Origin: a virus
DNA: 64,000 nucleotides
Reading direction: 5' to 3' (one strand)
Virus record (IMG/VR): IMGVR_UViG_3300024327_000544
Part shown: positions 16,934 through 25,867 of the stretch, in pieces
Numbering within the stretch: position 1 is the first letter of the stretch
How the letters are laid out: each line of letters starts with the position of its first letter
Position numbers and translations under genes: made by a program
The notes under the pieces: generated by a model
Told to the model about the DNA's origin: nothing
Databases searched by the model: none
The model's input: the letters and a program-made list of their open reading frames with translations, nothing else

Positions 16934-18784
16934 TTATACTTCTAGTCCGGAATCTTCTTTTTCGCCCTGTGGTTCAGCTGGTCTAGGAGAAGCATATGAA
17001 TATGCATCACCTACACGTGATATCTGTCCTGCTTCTAACATATCATCCAATAACTTTTGTACTTGCATTGGACTACACTTCAATGCACGAGCAATTGAAG
17101 TAGCTGAAGCTGGCGAATCATCAGAAGCAAATTCGGCACCAACAGGTACTGCCCTTTTTACACGACCAAAAGAACTACCACCTGCTAGATATTCAAGTAT
17201 ATTATTTTCGAGAGTTCCGTCTTTCTGTTCTGCTGCCATTTTCTGTTTATACTTCCGTACGAAGGAAACACCTGTACTTTCTTTCACTGTTGGCTCCATC
17301 TTTATTTTGTTATCGACCTTACCGGTCTCTTTTACTTTGGATCCGATTTCATCAGAATCCTCTTCTTCTTTTTTAGCTTCATCATAAGTTGGATCAGGCG
17401 CTGATTGTTGCTTTGCAATTATTTCTTTGGCCTTCTCATAAGCAAGCTTTCTAATTTTTTCTTTAAATACTCTACGCCTTGCATCAATAGTTTCAGGAAC
17501 CTCTTCTTCAGTACCTTCCAATGCAGAAAACGCTAAATTCGCAAGTTTTGAACGCGTTGTAGAAGCTCCAGCGTCTTTCTTGATTCCGCTCATACCTCCA
17601 TCATCAGTCCGTCTAGCATTTTCGGCATCTTTTTGTTTCTTCCTTAATGCTCTATCTTTATCTGCTTGAGCCTGTCGTTTTTCCTGTTCCTTATCATTTG
17701 CATTGGCTTGTGTTTCACGAGCTTTATCTGCTTTTTTTGCATCAGCCTGATTGTCTTGATTGCCTGACTTTTGTTTTATCTTATTATTGCTAGCTTGTTT
17801 ATCAGCAATCTTTTCCGCATCTGATTTTGCTTCATCTAGATCATCATCTTCACCAATAATTGAACCAGCAGCTTTTTCTAAATCTGCCAACTCACACTCA
17901 TCTGCTAATTTTTGAACTTCAGGTGAAGGTGCATCAATTGTTCCCATCTTAGTGGCATATGCAAGAGATACTAATCTGCGTTCTGGAGTTCTAATTAAAC
18001 GTTCTCCGATCTCTGCCCATGTAAGACCATCATACTTCTGATGCATTTCAGACATCAACCAGCCATGATATTTTTCTGTCTTCATCTTCTTCATGACTTT
18101 ATCTGCAATCTTTTGATCATTCATTAAGATCATTAGAACAGATTGACGTGGCTCTTCTTCCATGCTATCTAAGTAAGGTGCTAACTTATCATAAGAGCGT
18201 TGTTTAATTAACTTTGCAGCGCCTTCAAGAGACAACTTATCTCTACCTCTTGTTACTTTAGCTAATGCAATGGTTTCTTTGTAGATATCCACCGCTCCAG
18301 GTTTTCCATGAGAAACTGATTCTTTAGTACCATATATTTGATCATCCATATTTGTAACTGTATCTTGTTTTAGGGAATACTCAACCTCTTCTGGATCATC
18401 TTTCTTTTTCTTCTTCTTCTGTTGCTTTTTCATATTAACATCTTTATATTCATCCTTAGACATTTCATCAACGTTTGCTGAACAATCACAATTCTTACAT
18501 CCTTCAGGACATTCACAAGGCCCACCATCACAACAAGGACAACCTTCGCCTTTATCTTCAACAGCCTTACTAATTGCTTTCCTTTTCTTATGTAGAAACT
18601 TATCAGAATCGTCTTCATCACCATCTTTATCTATATCTACAAATTCGTCATCTGAACGATCTTTCCAATCTTGTTTAACTGCGTCTTTGTCCACAGGAGC
18701 GAGTTTTCTCTTCTCCCTTATCATCTCAATGTCTGCTTCTGTTATCGCCGAGTAATTCGCGGGATAATATTTTGACCAATCCAT
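16934..18784 (-). CDS. large charged head/core-associated protein with a Cys-rich patch and a C-terminal winged-helix-like segment
   Basis: K/D/E-rich; CPCCDGGPCECPEGCKNCDC; SIARALKCSPMQVQKLLDDMLEAGQISRVGD. Confidence 0.55.
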   Translation of the reverse strand: MDWSKYYPANYSAITEADIEMIREKRKLAPVDKDAVKQDWKDRSDDEFVDIDKDGDEDDSDKFLHKKRKAISKAVEDKGEGCPCCDGGPCECPEGCKNCDCSANVDEMSKDEYKDVNMKKQQKKKKKKDDPEEVEYSLKQDTVTNMDDQIYGTKESVSHGKPGAVDIYKETIALAKVTRGRDKLSLEGAAKLIKQRSYDKLAPYLDSMEEEPRQSVLMILMNDQKIADKVMKKMKTEKYHGWLMSEMHQKYDGLTWAEIGERLIRTPERRLVSLAYATKMGTIDAPSPEVQKLADECELADLEKAAGSIIGEDDDLDEAKSDAEKIADKQASNNKIKQKSGNQDNQADAKKADKARETQANANDKEQEKRQAQADKDRALRKKQKDAENARRTDDGGMSGIKKDAGASTTRSKLANLAFSALEGTEEEVPETIDARRRVFKEKIRKLAYEKAKEIIAKQQSAPDPTYDEAKKEEEDSDEIGSKVKETGKVDNKIKMEPTVKESTGVSFVRKYKQKMAAEQKDGTLENNILEYLAGGSSFGRVKRAVPVGAEFASDDSPASATSIARALKCSPMQVQKLLDDMLEAGQISRVGDAYSYASPRPAEPQGEKEDSGLEV

Positions 18785-18786
18785 TA

Positions 18787-20229
18787 TTAGCTCCTGTTGG
18801 CAATAATTTTGGAAATCATCTTACTGACTCTTTCCGCTTGTTGTTCGCGTTTTTTATTTTGTTCTGATTTAAACTCCTCTCCCGGAGTCAAATCTACAAG
18901 GTACTGTCTATATTTATCTGTTCCGATTTCTAACTGTCGGCCTTCTTTAGCTCTATCCTTGTGCCATTCCTTTAAACCAAGTATTTTTTGTAATTTAGAA
19001 CTTACTGGTTTATTAATATCTATGTTATTTGTAGGCAATTCATCTATTCGTTCATTCATATAAGAAAGATTTGCTATGTCATAATCAACATTTTCACCTA
19101 ACAATGTAATAAAATCGGCGGCCTTCTTTGTGTGCTCTCTCATCCGCGATACTTCCCATAATGCTACTTTAATCGCGCCACCAAATGCCATTTCATACTT
19201 TTCCCAAAATTCTTCTGTTTCTTTTAAAGCACGTTTATAATATTCTTGTTTGGGCTTCGTTGTAGCAAATTGTTGTAGATATTGAAACACTTCTTTTGTA
19301 TATTCTTCCACATGATAAGTCTTATTCTCATAATGAATCTTATCCATACATAATGATTCTTTATCTACCGAAGAAGAAGGTGGTGCTTTTGCCGGCACTG
19401 GCTTATTTTTTACTTTAACAACCGGACTCGCAGGTTTCGCTCCTGAATCTGCTTTTTGCATTATACTATCTATTCCTGCATCATCGTTTGTTCTTGGTGG
19501 AGCAGTTTTAGATACAAATTTTCCCATTGCTGCTTTAGGATCCTTAGTAGTATTCTTCATTGGAGCAATCGGTTTCCCAGGACCCAATTTTTCTTTTATT
19601 TGTGCTTCAATAACAGATAATCTCATACCTTTTCGTAATGATTGATATAATGAACGTTTATCTTTATCAGATAAATTATCTGGTAAACCTTCTTTAAAAT
19701 TATCAAAATCACCATCAACGGCATGTGATCTTAATTTAGAAGCTGACATTCCTGTGGCATCGTCTGCATCTGGATCTCTTTCACCAGCGCTTTCTATTTC
19801 TATTTTTTTAAAATCATAAAAACCATGAGCTTTGCCATCAACACCATTATATTGAGGTAACAATTTTTTAAATTGATTTACTCTATCACTTCCTACAACC
19901 ATAATAACTTCTTCATATCCTTCATCATGTAATAATGAAAGGGATTTCAATGCATCTTTAGGTTGATCACCTGAATACTTAAAAATGTCTTCGCCTTTCG
20001 GTTTAAACATTTTTTTCATCCATTTAATCTTTTCTTTATATTCTAATGGATTCTTTTTAGAATCTTGTGTAGAACTAGGGAATATAAAAGCATCACCACG
20101 ATTGCGTTTAGCAACTGCGGTTACCTTATTAACTAAAATCTCGTGTCCAATTGTAGGGGGGTTAAACCGACCAAAAGCAAATACTGCTGTCTTTAACGAC
20201 CCTTCCCGTAATTGAGTAAATGAAATCAC
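18787..20229 (-). CDS. cytidyltransferase-like (HxGH) domain protein, T4-like virion region
   Basis: FAFGRFNPPTIGH, MVVGSDRV, MSASKLR; C-terminal EIGTDKYR..LTPGE. Confidence 0.8.
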   Translation of the reverse strand: MISFTQLREGSLKTAVFAFGRFNPPTIGHEILVNKVTAVAKRNRGDAFIFPSSTQDSKKNPLEYKEKIKWMKKMFKPKGEDIFKYSGDQPKDALKSLSLLHDEGYEEVIMVVGSDRVNQFKKLLPQYNGVDGKAHGFYDFKKIEIESAGERDPDADDATGMSASKLRSHAVDGDFDNFKEGLPDNLSDKDKRSLYQSLRKGMRLSVIEAQIKEKLGPGKPIAPMKNTTKDPKAAMGKFVSKTAPPRTNDDAGIDSIMQKADSGAKPASPVVKVKNKPVPAKAPPSSSVDKESLCMDKIHYENKTYHVEEYTKEVFQYLQQFATTKPKQEYYKRALKETEEFWEKYEMAFGGAIKVALWEVSRMREHTKKAADFITLLGENVDYDIANLSYMNERIDELPTNNIDINKPVSSKLQKILGLKEWHKDRAKEGRQLEIGTDKYRQYLVDLTPGEEFKSEQNKKREQQAERVSKMISKIIANRS

Positions 20230-21437
20230 ATTCCCCCTCGAACCTTATCGAGATATGCGTCTTTAACAGACTGGTTTAATTTGTCGTTAGACATTTTTTC
20301 AAAACCCTTTACTTCTTCCACATCCTCTTTGTCTTTTGCTGCTTTTTCTGCTATTCTCAAAACCGAGGCAGCTAGATCACTTTTTGGTCCTGTGAACGGT
20401 CCGCTACCAAAATAATCATGACTCTCGTTTTGTTCTTTCTTCTCATCGCTCTTTCCAGAATACTTACTCTTTCCTTTCATTTCACCCTTGGAGAGAGGTC
20501 CTAGCTTTTCAAAGTCTTTATCTCTTGGTTTCTCCCACTCTTCTTTTTCTACATTCCCCGTTTTCTTGTTAGCAGCTTTACCAAATTTAAATGCTTGATA
20601 ATCTTTTTTTGCTGCTTTGAAATCTGCACGTTTCGATTTAAGATTTTGTCCTGGTGGTTGACTAGTGTCACCAACTCTTGAAGCGGCTTTAGCCGATACG
20701 GCTCTTTGTTGTCCAGCTTTCGCTTTAGCTGATTGTTGCGCGCGTTGTAATAAGCCTTTTGAAAGTTCATCAACAGGTTCTTCTGTAGATGTATAACTGT
20801 TATACATATTCCTCTTAACACTACTTAATCTCTTATCACGGGAATCTTGGCTTTCGGGCTTGGCCGGCTTTTCGCCAGCTGCCGCACTGAATTTTGCGGA
20901 TTGTTTCTCTCTCTTCTCTGCCTTCTTCTTTGTCGCCTTCTCCCTTTCTGTCCTTCCTCCGTCAAACGCTGCCAAATCATGGTGGTCTTTTTGTTTCTCC
21001 ATATCTTTGTGTGCTGCACTTGCGGCTCGCTTTAAAAGACCAGTTGTAATTTCAGCGAAAGTCTTCTTAATATCTCCGCCGCCCTTCCATTCTATTCTTG
21101 CATCAGAGGCTTCTTCTTTTGGGCCGTATCCTTTAGGTGTTACATCTTTAATATTAAGTTTTTCTCTACCTTTTGCAATACGAGCTGCGACTTCTGGTTT
21201 TAAATCACCTTTTTTGTCAAAAAACTTTGCAAGGTGAGGTGGTAACTTTGATGCTTCTTCCATCTCAACTTCTCCTGCTCTTGCCCTTTTAAGCTTAGCT
21301 TGAGTTTCTGGAGAAGAAGGAGTTTCTCTAGCCTTCTTCCTTCTCTCTGATTCTTTTCTTTTATTATCATACATATCTATGCCGGATGAATCAACTTCAT
21401 TAACTGGAGATTCTGTATATTCTTTATATGTTTTCAC
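20226..21437 (-). CDS. probable internal head protein
   Basis: GTG start MKTYKEYTE (capsid-targeting-like); K/E/A-rich with repeated E-x-S/T-x-GLL-x-RA motifs. Confidence 0.6.
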   Translation of the reverse strand: MKTYKEYTESPVNEVDSSGIDMYDNKRKESERRKKARETPSSPETQAKLKRARAGEVEMEEASKLPPHLAKFFDKKGDLKPEVAARIAKGREKLNIKDVTPKGYGPKEEASDARIEWKGGGDIKKTFAEITTGLLKRAASAAHKDMEKQKDHHDLAAFDGGRTEREKATKKKAEKREKQSAKFSAAAGEKPAKPESQDSRDKRLSSVKRNMYNSYTSTEEPVDELSKGLLQRAQQSAKAKAGQQRAVSAKAASRVGDTSQPPGQNLKSKRADFKAAKKDYQAFKFGKAANKKTGNVEKEEWEKPRDKDFEKLGPLSKGEMKGKSKYSGKSDEKKEQNESHDYFGSGPFTGPKSDLAASVLRIAEKAAKDKEDVEEVKGFEKMSNDKLNQSVKDAYLDKVRGGM

Positions 21438-21481
21438 CAGTCGCTCCTATCTCCGCCACCCTTCCATTCTATTCTTGCATC
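21071..21481. repeat. 34-bp direct repeat in two adjacent genes (21071-21104 and 21448-21481)
   Basis: TATCTCCGCC(G/A)CCCTTCCATTCTATTCTTGCATC with one mismatch; encodes DARIEWKGGGD in both genes. Confidence 0.9.
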
Positions 21482-21700
21482 GGTACCTTCTTCGATAGCA
21501 TCTAAGAACCCTTGTAACATATATGGTAATTTTTGTGGACGTCTCATAAACTTATGAACATAGTCCTCATATACTTGTGCTAGTTTATTTTTAATTCTAT
21601 CAGGCGCGGAATCAATGCAATCACGTAATGCATCAATCAACTGGTCAGAATACTTAGATTCTTTCAGGTCGCGCTTTGAGAATTCTTTGTAATTTTTCAT
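21434..21700 (-). CDS. probable small internal head protein
   Basis: MKNYKEF start at 21700 (ATGA overlap with the upstream stop). Confidence 0.6.
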   Translation of the reverse strand: MKNYKEFSKRDLKESKYSDQLIDALRDCIDSAPDRIKNKLAQVYEDYVHKFMRRPQKLPYMLQGFLDAIEEGTDARIEWKGGGDRSDW

Positions 21701-22923
21701 TGGTCCCAATCCTTTTCTGCGGTAAAATTTATTCTACTAAATTCCATTCTGTTAACTAATTTTAATCCCTTACCAGAATCAAATGAGTCAATAGCAACAA
21801 ACCCTTCTGGTTTTGTTACTTTATACCCGGATGAGGTTTTAATAAAGGTAGAAGTTAAACCTTTTACCTCTTCTAACTTCTCTACAATATATAGCTTAAT
21901 ATTATTTATTAAAGCCATTATACGAAAAACAGTACCTATCTGATCTATATTCCCATTTAATTTCTTTAAGTATTCATCAACAGTCATTTGTTTTCGTGTA
22001 CGACCTTTTTCTGATTTTAACTTTGCAACATCTTTATCTAACTTAGCTTTAATAAATTTTACACAATCTCTTGCTAACCTTTCTTCTATAAATTCACCTT
22101 CTCTGACTTTAGAATTTATATAGGTCTTAATATGAACTTTTAATATATTATCATCTTTGATACTATCAAGAAAACGACCATTGACTTTATTAAAATCTTT
22201 TCCTAACTGAGACAACATATCTGTTACTTTCTTTTCATCTGCCTTTGTAAATGTTGCTGTTCCACTTACATCTGTAAAGTCCGCATTAACAGCCCAAACA
22301 TCCTTATGTGATGTCCATTGATTTACATCTGCACCAAACTCAGCTTTCAAATCTGCTAAGTCTTCTTGTCCTGCTGTTCTGTATGTTGTATGAAAAACAA
22401 TTCCAATCTTTGCTTTAATTATGGCATTTGCTAATTCTGTATTTAAAGGAACGGCATAAGTTATCGTATTAGGTGTAAACGTAATCTGTCTTTCCTTATC
22501 AATTGTCTGTATCTTCTTATCTTTATCCTCTGTCCAAAGAACATCACCTTGAAAAATATTACCTGGAATCTTTAACTTAGGTAAATGTTCTAATAAAGCA
22601 CTCATTTTAGCATGAAGAGGGCCGCCACCGAAATGTTCATCAACATCAGCTTGAATAAAACATGGGCGTCTCATTGACTTATAATCAACAAAGAATTTTC
22701 CATTAGGATGGATACCGGCGACTATAGCAGGAGCGCCATCCCATTTAACAGTAACATTAACTGCTTCTTTATTATGACCGGCTAACATGTTTCTTAAAGA
22801 TCTTAAAAAATCAATAGCACCTCTAGTACCATTAACACCACCATTCAACACCTCATCTTCGAGATGTTCCATATGAAGATTTTTTCCAGAGGCTTCTGCA
22901 AGAAATTGTTTATATTGTTTCAC
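21697..22923 (-). CDS. conserved T4-like protein with a KxDG nucleotidyltransferase-like motif and a capsid-targeting-like N-terminus
   Basis: MKQYKQFLAE; HMEHLED, TVKWDGAPA, FQGDVLW, FTPNTITYAVP, PEGFVAID, LKLVNRMEFS. Confidence 0.7.
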   Translation of the reverse strand: MKQYKQFLAEASGKNLHMEHLEDEVLNGGVNGTRGAIDFLRSLRNMLAGHNKEAVNVTVKWDGAPAIVAGIHPNGKFFVDYKSMRRPCFIQADVDEHFGGGPLHAKMSALLEHLPKLKIPGNIFQGDVLWTEDKDKKIQTIDKERQITFTPNTITYAVPLNTELANAIIKAKIGIVFHTTYRTAGQEDLADLKAEFGADVNQWTSHKDVWAVNADFTDVSGTATFTKADEKKVTDMLSQLGKDFNKVNGRFLDSIKDDNILKVHIKTYINSKVREGEFIEERLARDCVKFIKAKLDKDVAKLKSEKGRTRKQMTVDEYLKKLNGNIDQIGTVFRIMALINNIKLYIVEKLEEVKGLTSTFIKTSSGYKVTKPEGFVAIDSFDSGKGLKLVNRMEFSRINFTAEKDWDQ

Positions 22924-24449
22924 CTTACTCCCAATTTCCGTTTCATATCCGCAAAACTTTTTCCAAGATCTCTATCAGCATTATCTCTACCAAATTTCAA
23001 TTCATTTTTAAGAGAAAAATACCTGTCCAAAGCTGCTCCAAGTTCATCGCTCACCTTTTTAAAATCTTCCGGTGAATTGTTATCATTCATCAAACCTTTT
23101 GAAGAGTAGCCAATTGGCTTACCTCTTTTATTTTTTAGAGCTTTCACACTAGAATATTCAAAAGCCTGTTTATTAGATTGTTTTTTACTAAGTGATTTAA
23201 AAGTTGATTCTAATGAACTTCTTATTGCATTTTTTTCTTTTATCTTTTTCTCAAAATCGGTATCACCAGGATCAAAAATTGCTTCATTTTTGAAAGGACC
23301 TGTTTTTATTCTTGTAGATGATCCTGTACCAGAAAAACCTCCTCCTCCAGTCCATCTTAACATCCATTCAGTACCTGGATTCCATTCTTTAGAAGTATAG
23401 AGATCTTTCCCATCTTTAAATGAGATGACATCCAATGATATTTTATCAAATAATGTAACATAATCCCATCCATGTTCTTTATAATCATTTAATGCATTGG
23501 CGTTCCATTGTTTTATAAATTCATTAGGATCGGTTAATCCATTCTTTACAGTCTTATTAAAAACATATTTCGAGGCTTTGTCAAAAGGCATTGCTTCAAC
23601 ACAAATATCATGCCATAGTTTTTCGCAAGCTTTATCTGCTTGTCTTTGTGAACCGCCATTTTTTTCCATCCATAAAGTAGTATATTTTTTACTACCAAGA
23701 GAAAGGGCTTTAGGTATACCACCTTGCGCATTGCTATCCTTATAAACACTTCTACCTCCAAGACCCATTTTATCTGCTTCTTTTGCTGTTATATCGCTAC
23801 CTAAATCTTTGAACGCATTAATAAAAAATAATTTAGCATCTGCAAATTTGTCAGGTTTGGAAAACGTGCCACCAGATGCTTTAAGTTCTACATTATAACC
23901 GTCTGCTAATTTGACATCGCCTTTATTATCAGCATTACCCTTCGTTGCTCCGGGAGTAGCTAAAATAAATAAAATTTCACCTGGACCAATATTCTGATTA
24001 TCTATTTTTGTTATATTTTCTATAAACTTATCTTTAACTTTTGGCCATATGGGGCTTCTAGTATTAACATATGAATCTAATCTTACTACTTTTTTGTGAC
24101 TATCTTGTACCATTTTTTTACAATCAAATACTTCACCGGCTAAAAGTTCTTTTAAAAAATCCATTTGGTCATTAGCTGGTGCACCTGATTTATTAATTGC
24201 TAAAATGATAGAGTCAATAAAAGCTTCTTTATTCATTTTTATGTTAGCAGTTTTACACTTCTCATCAAGAAGAGCAACCATAACATCTCGTTGCATAGCT
24301 TCGAGAACAGATCTTAAAACCTCATCTTCTTGAACATCTTCGATTTTATCGAGCACTTGTTTTTTGAGTGCGGGCGTTACTCTTTCTAAGAGAGTTCGAA
24401 TATCCTTCTTAATATAACCCGGTGCCATAAAAGTTGTATATGTTTTCAT
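22920..24449 (-). CDS. PD-(D/E)xK nuclease-like protein with a capsid-targeting-like N-terminus
   Basis: MKTYTTF start at 24449; GPGE...GDVKLADGYNVELKASGG catalytic pattern. Confidence 0.6.
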   Translation of the reverse strand: MKTYTTFMAPGYIKKDIRTLLERVTPALKKQVLDKIEDVQEDEVLRSVLEAMQRDVMVALLDEKCKTANIKMNKEAFIDSIILAINKSGAPANDQMDFLKELLAGEVFDCKKMVQDSHKKVVRLDSYVNTRSPIWPKVKDKFIENITKIDNQNIGPGEILFILATPGATKGNADNKGDVKLADGYNVELKASGGTFSKPDKFADAKLFFINAFKDLGSDITAKEADKMGLGGRSVYKDSNAQGGIPKALSLGSKKYTTLWMEKNGGSQRQADKACEKLWHDICVEAMPFDKASKYVFNKTVKNGLTDPNEFIKQWNANALNDYKEHGWDYVTLFDKISLDVISFKDGKDLYTSKEWNPGTEWMLRWTGGGGFSGTGSSTRIKTGPFKNEAIFDPGDTDFEKKIKEKNAIRSSLESTFKSLSKKQSNKQAFEYSSVKALKNKRGKPIGYSSKGLMNDNNSPEDFKKVSDELGAALDRYFSLKNELKFGRDNADRDLGKSFADMKRKLGVR

Positions 24450-24456
24450 TTTTTCT

Positions 24457-24684
24457 CTATGGTACAATTACCGTATCCCCTTTTGTCCACTTGTCCATAA
24501 TATCATTAAGTTCTTTAGCCATCTTTTTAATTGAATTAGCTTCCGCGCCCATCTGACCGTTATTCCGGGCCCATCTAGTAATTCTATTAGCGCGCTTAGC
24601 TACATCCTCTATTGATTTTACAGCTAACTTACTAAATGCCATAGTCTCTAGAACTTCTTTTGCAGAATCTGCTACGTTATCCAT
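24457..24684 (-). CDS. hypothetical protein
   Basis: ATG 24684 follows the upstream stop with a GGGA RBS. Confidence 0.55.
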   Translation of the reverse strand: MDNVADSAKEVLETMAFSKLAVKSIEDVAKRANRITRWARNNGQMGAEANSIKKMAKELNDIMDKWTKGDTVIVP

Positions 24685-24685
24685 A

Positions 24686-25207
24686 TTACTTCCCTGAATT
24701 TTGCTTACACCATTGTTCAATTGATTTGACCAATTTTTTATCAATTGAAGTTAATTTTCCATTTAAATTCTCACTCGCTCCATGAATATCTACTGGGTCA
24801 CCGGCTAGCCAACCGGGAAGAGTACCCTGTAAATTGTGCCATTTCATGTTGCGGTTTCCTTTGTTGCGACCTATGGGGTCGTATACATCATCAGAATCAT
24901 CAAGAAGCTTCGTCACATCCTTTCCTTTTTTATCTTGAAGGGTTATCGAAACGTTCCTAATTTCTTCTTTGTATCCTTCTCCTCCTTTTTCGCCTTCAAT
25001 CATAATTCCCGGAATAATAAAGAAGTCTCCACATTTTATTTTTTTACCGTAATGGTTACCAGTACTATAATCTGTTTCAAGCTTATCGAACTGTTTAAAG
25101 CCTTTTTCAATATCACGAGCAAGATCTTCTTTTATATATCCACCAAAATGCCCTCCGCTTAATCCATCCGTCCATCCTTCGAGGGTTAAATCCTTATAAG
25201 TTTTCAT
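24686..25207 (-). CDS. probable internal head protein
   Basis: MKTYKDLTLE start; AAGGA RBS; late-promoter variant upstream. Confidence 0.6.
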   Translation of the reverse strand: MKTYKDLTLEGWTDGLSGGHFGGYIKEDLARDIEKGFKQFDKLETDYSTGNHYGKKIKCGDFFIIPGIMIEGEKGGEGYKEEIRNVSITLQDKKGKDVTKLLDDSDDVYDPIGRNKGNRNMKWHNLQGTLPGWLAGDPVDIHGASENLNGKLTSIDKKLVKSIEQWCKQNSGK

Positions 25208-25246
25208 ATTTTCCTTTTTGATTAATTATTAATATAGTTTACTTAA

Positions 25247-25867
25247 CTATTTAGTCTTTTTAAGATACCGATATTTTTCTTTTGCCAGTGTTCTCATCTT
25301 ATCTGCAACCTTAGTATCTATTGTAGCATACCTTGCATATGCATCGCAAGCTTTTTCTTTCTTTTTATAAAGAAACATGTCAAAAGCCAGTTCAGAACTG
25401 TAAGCATCTATCTCAAAGGGGCTTGAAAAATAATCAGAATCGGAATTAAATGCTTGTCCGTCTTTACTATCATCAAATTGCAACGAATGGGTTAATTCAT
25501 GGACAAATGTAAGAACAAATTGTTCTTTATATCTTTCCCATTGTTCTTCTGGAATGTATAATTGGTGGGTATATAGTTCTGGGGATAAATTTACTGTAAT
25601 CTCTATCTCAGATTCAGAATAGTGTTCTTGTGGTACATTTGCTGCACCATCATATGTTAATTCATATAATGCATGTGTTCTATCTTTTCTTATATTAATA
25701 TAACAAGGAAATCCTAATTGTTCTTCGATTAGTTCTCCCATTTTGAGAGAACAATTTCGCCAGGATGTTATATATTTTAATGTTGATTCATTATATGCCC
25801 TTTCAAAGCATTTAAAAGACTGACATGCTGTTTCTATATTTTCTTTAATAAGATCTAATTCATTCAT
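25247..25867 (-). CDS. HExxH zincin-like metallopeptidase-domain protein
   Basis: FVHELTHSLQ...YFSSPFEIDAY; probable start MNELDLIK at 25867. Confidence 0.6.
   Translation of the reverse strand: MNELDLIKENIETACQSFKCFERAYNESTLKYITSWRNCSLKMGELIEEQLGFPCYINIRKDRTHALYELTYDGAANVPQEHYSESEIEITVNLSPELYTHQLYIPEEQWERYKEQFVLTFVHELTHSLQFDDSKDGQAFNSDSDYFSSPFEIDAYSSELAFDMFLYKKKEKACDAYARYATIDTKVADKMRTLAKEKYRYLKKTK
25250..25257 (-). promoter_or_regulatory. late promoter variant heading the virion block
   Basis: ACTAAATA about 43 nt upstream of the MKTYKD gene. Confidence 0.5.

Noticed and set aside
16875-17387. 170-aa plus-strand ORF (likewise 30653-31165, 42796-43287, 51619-51987, 62668-63069)
   Set aside because: Antisense to well-supported genes; their composition mirrors the sense codons; no promoters or RBS.
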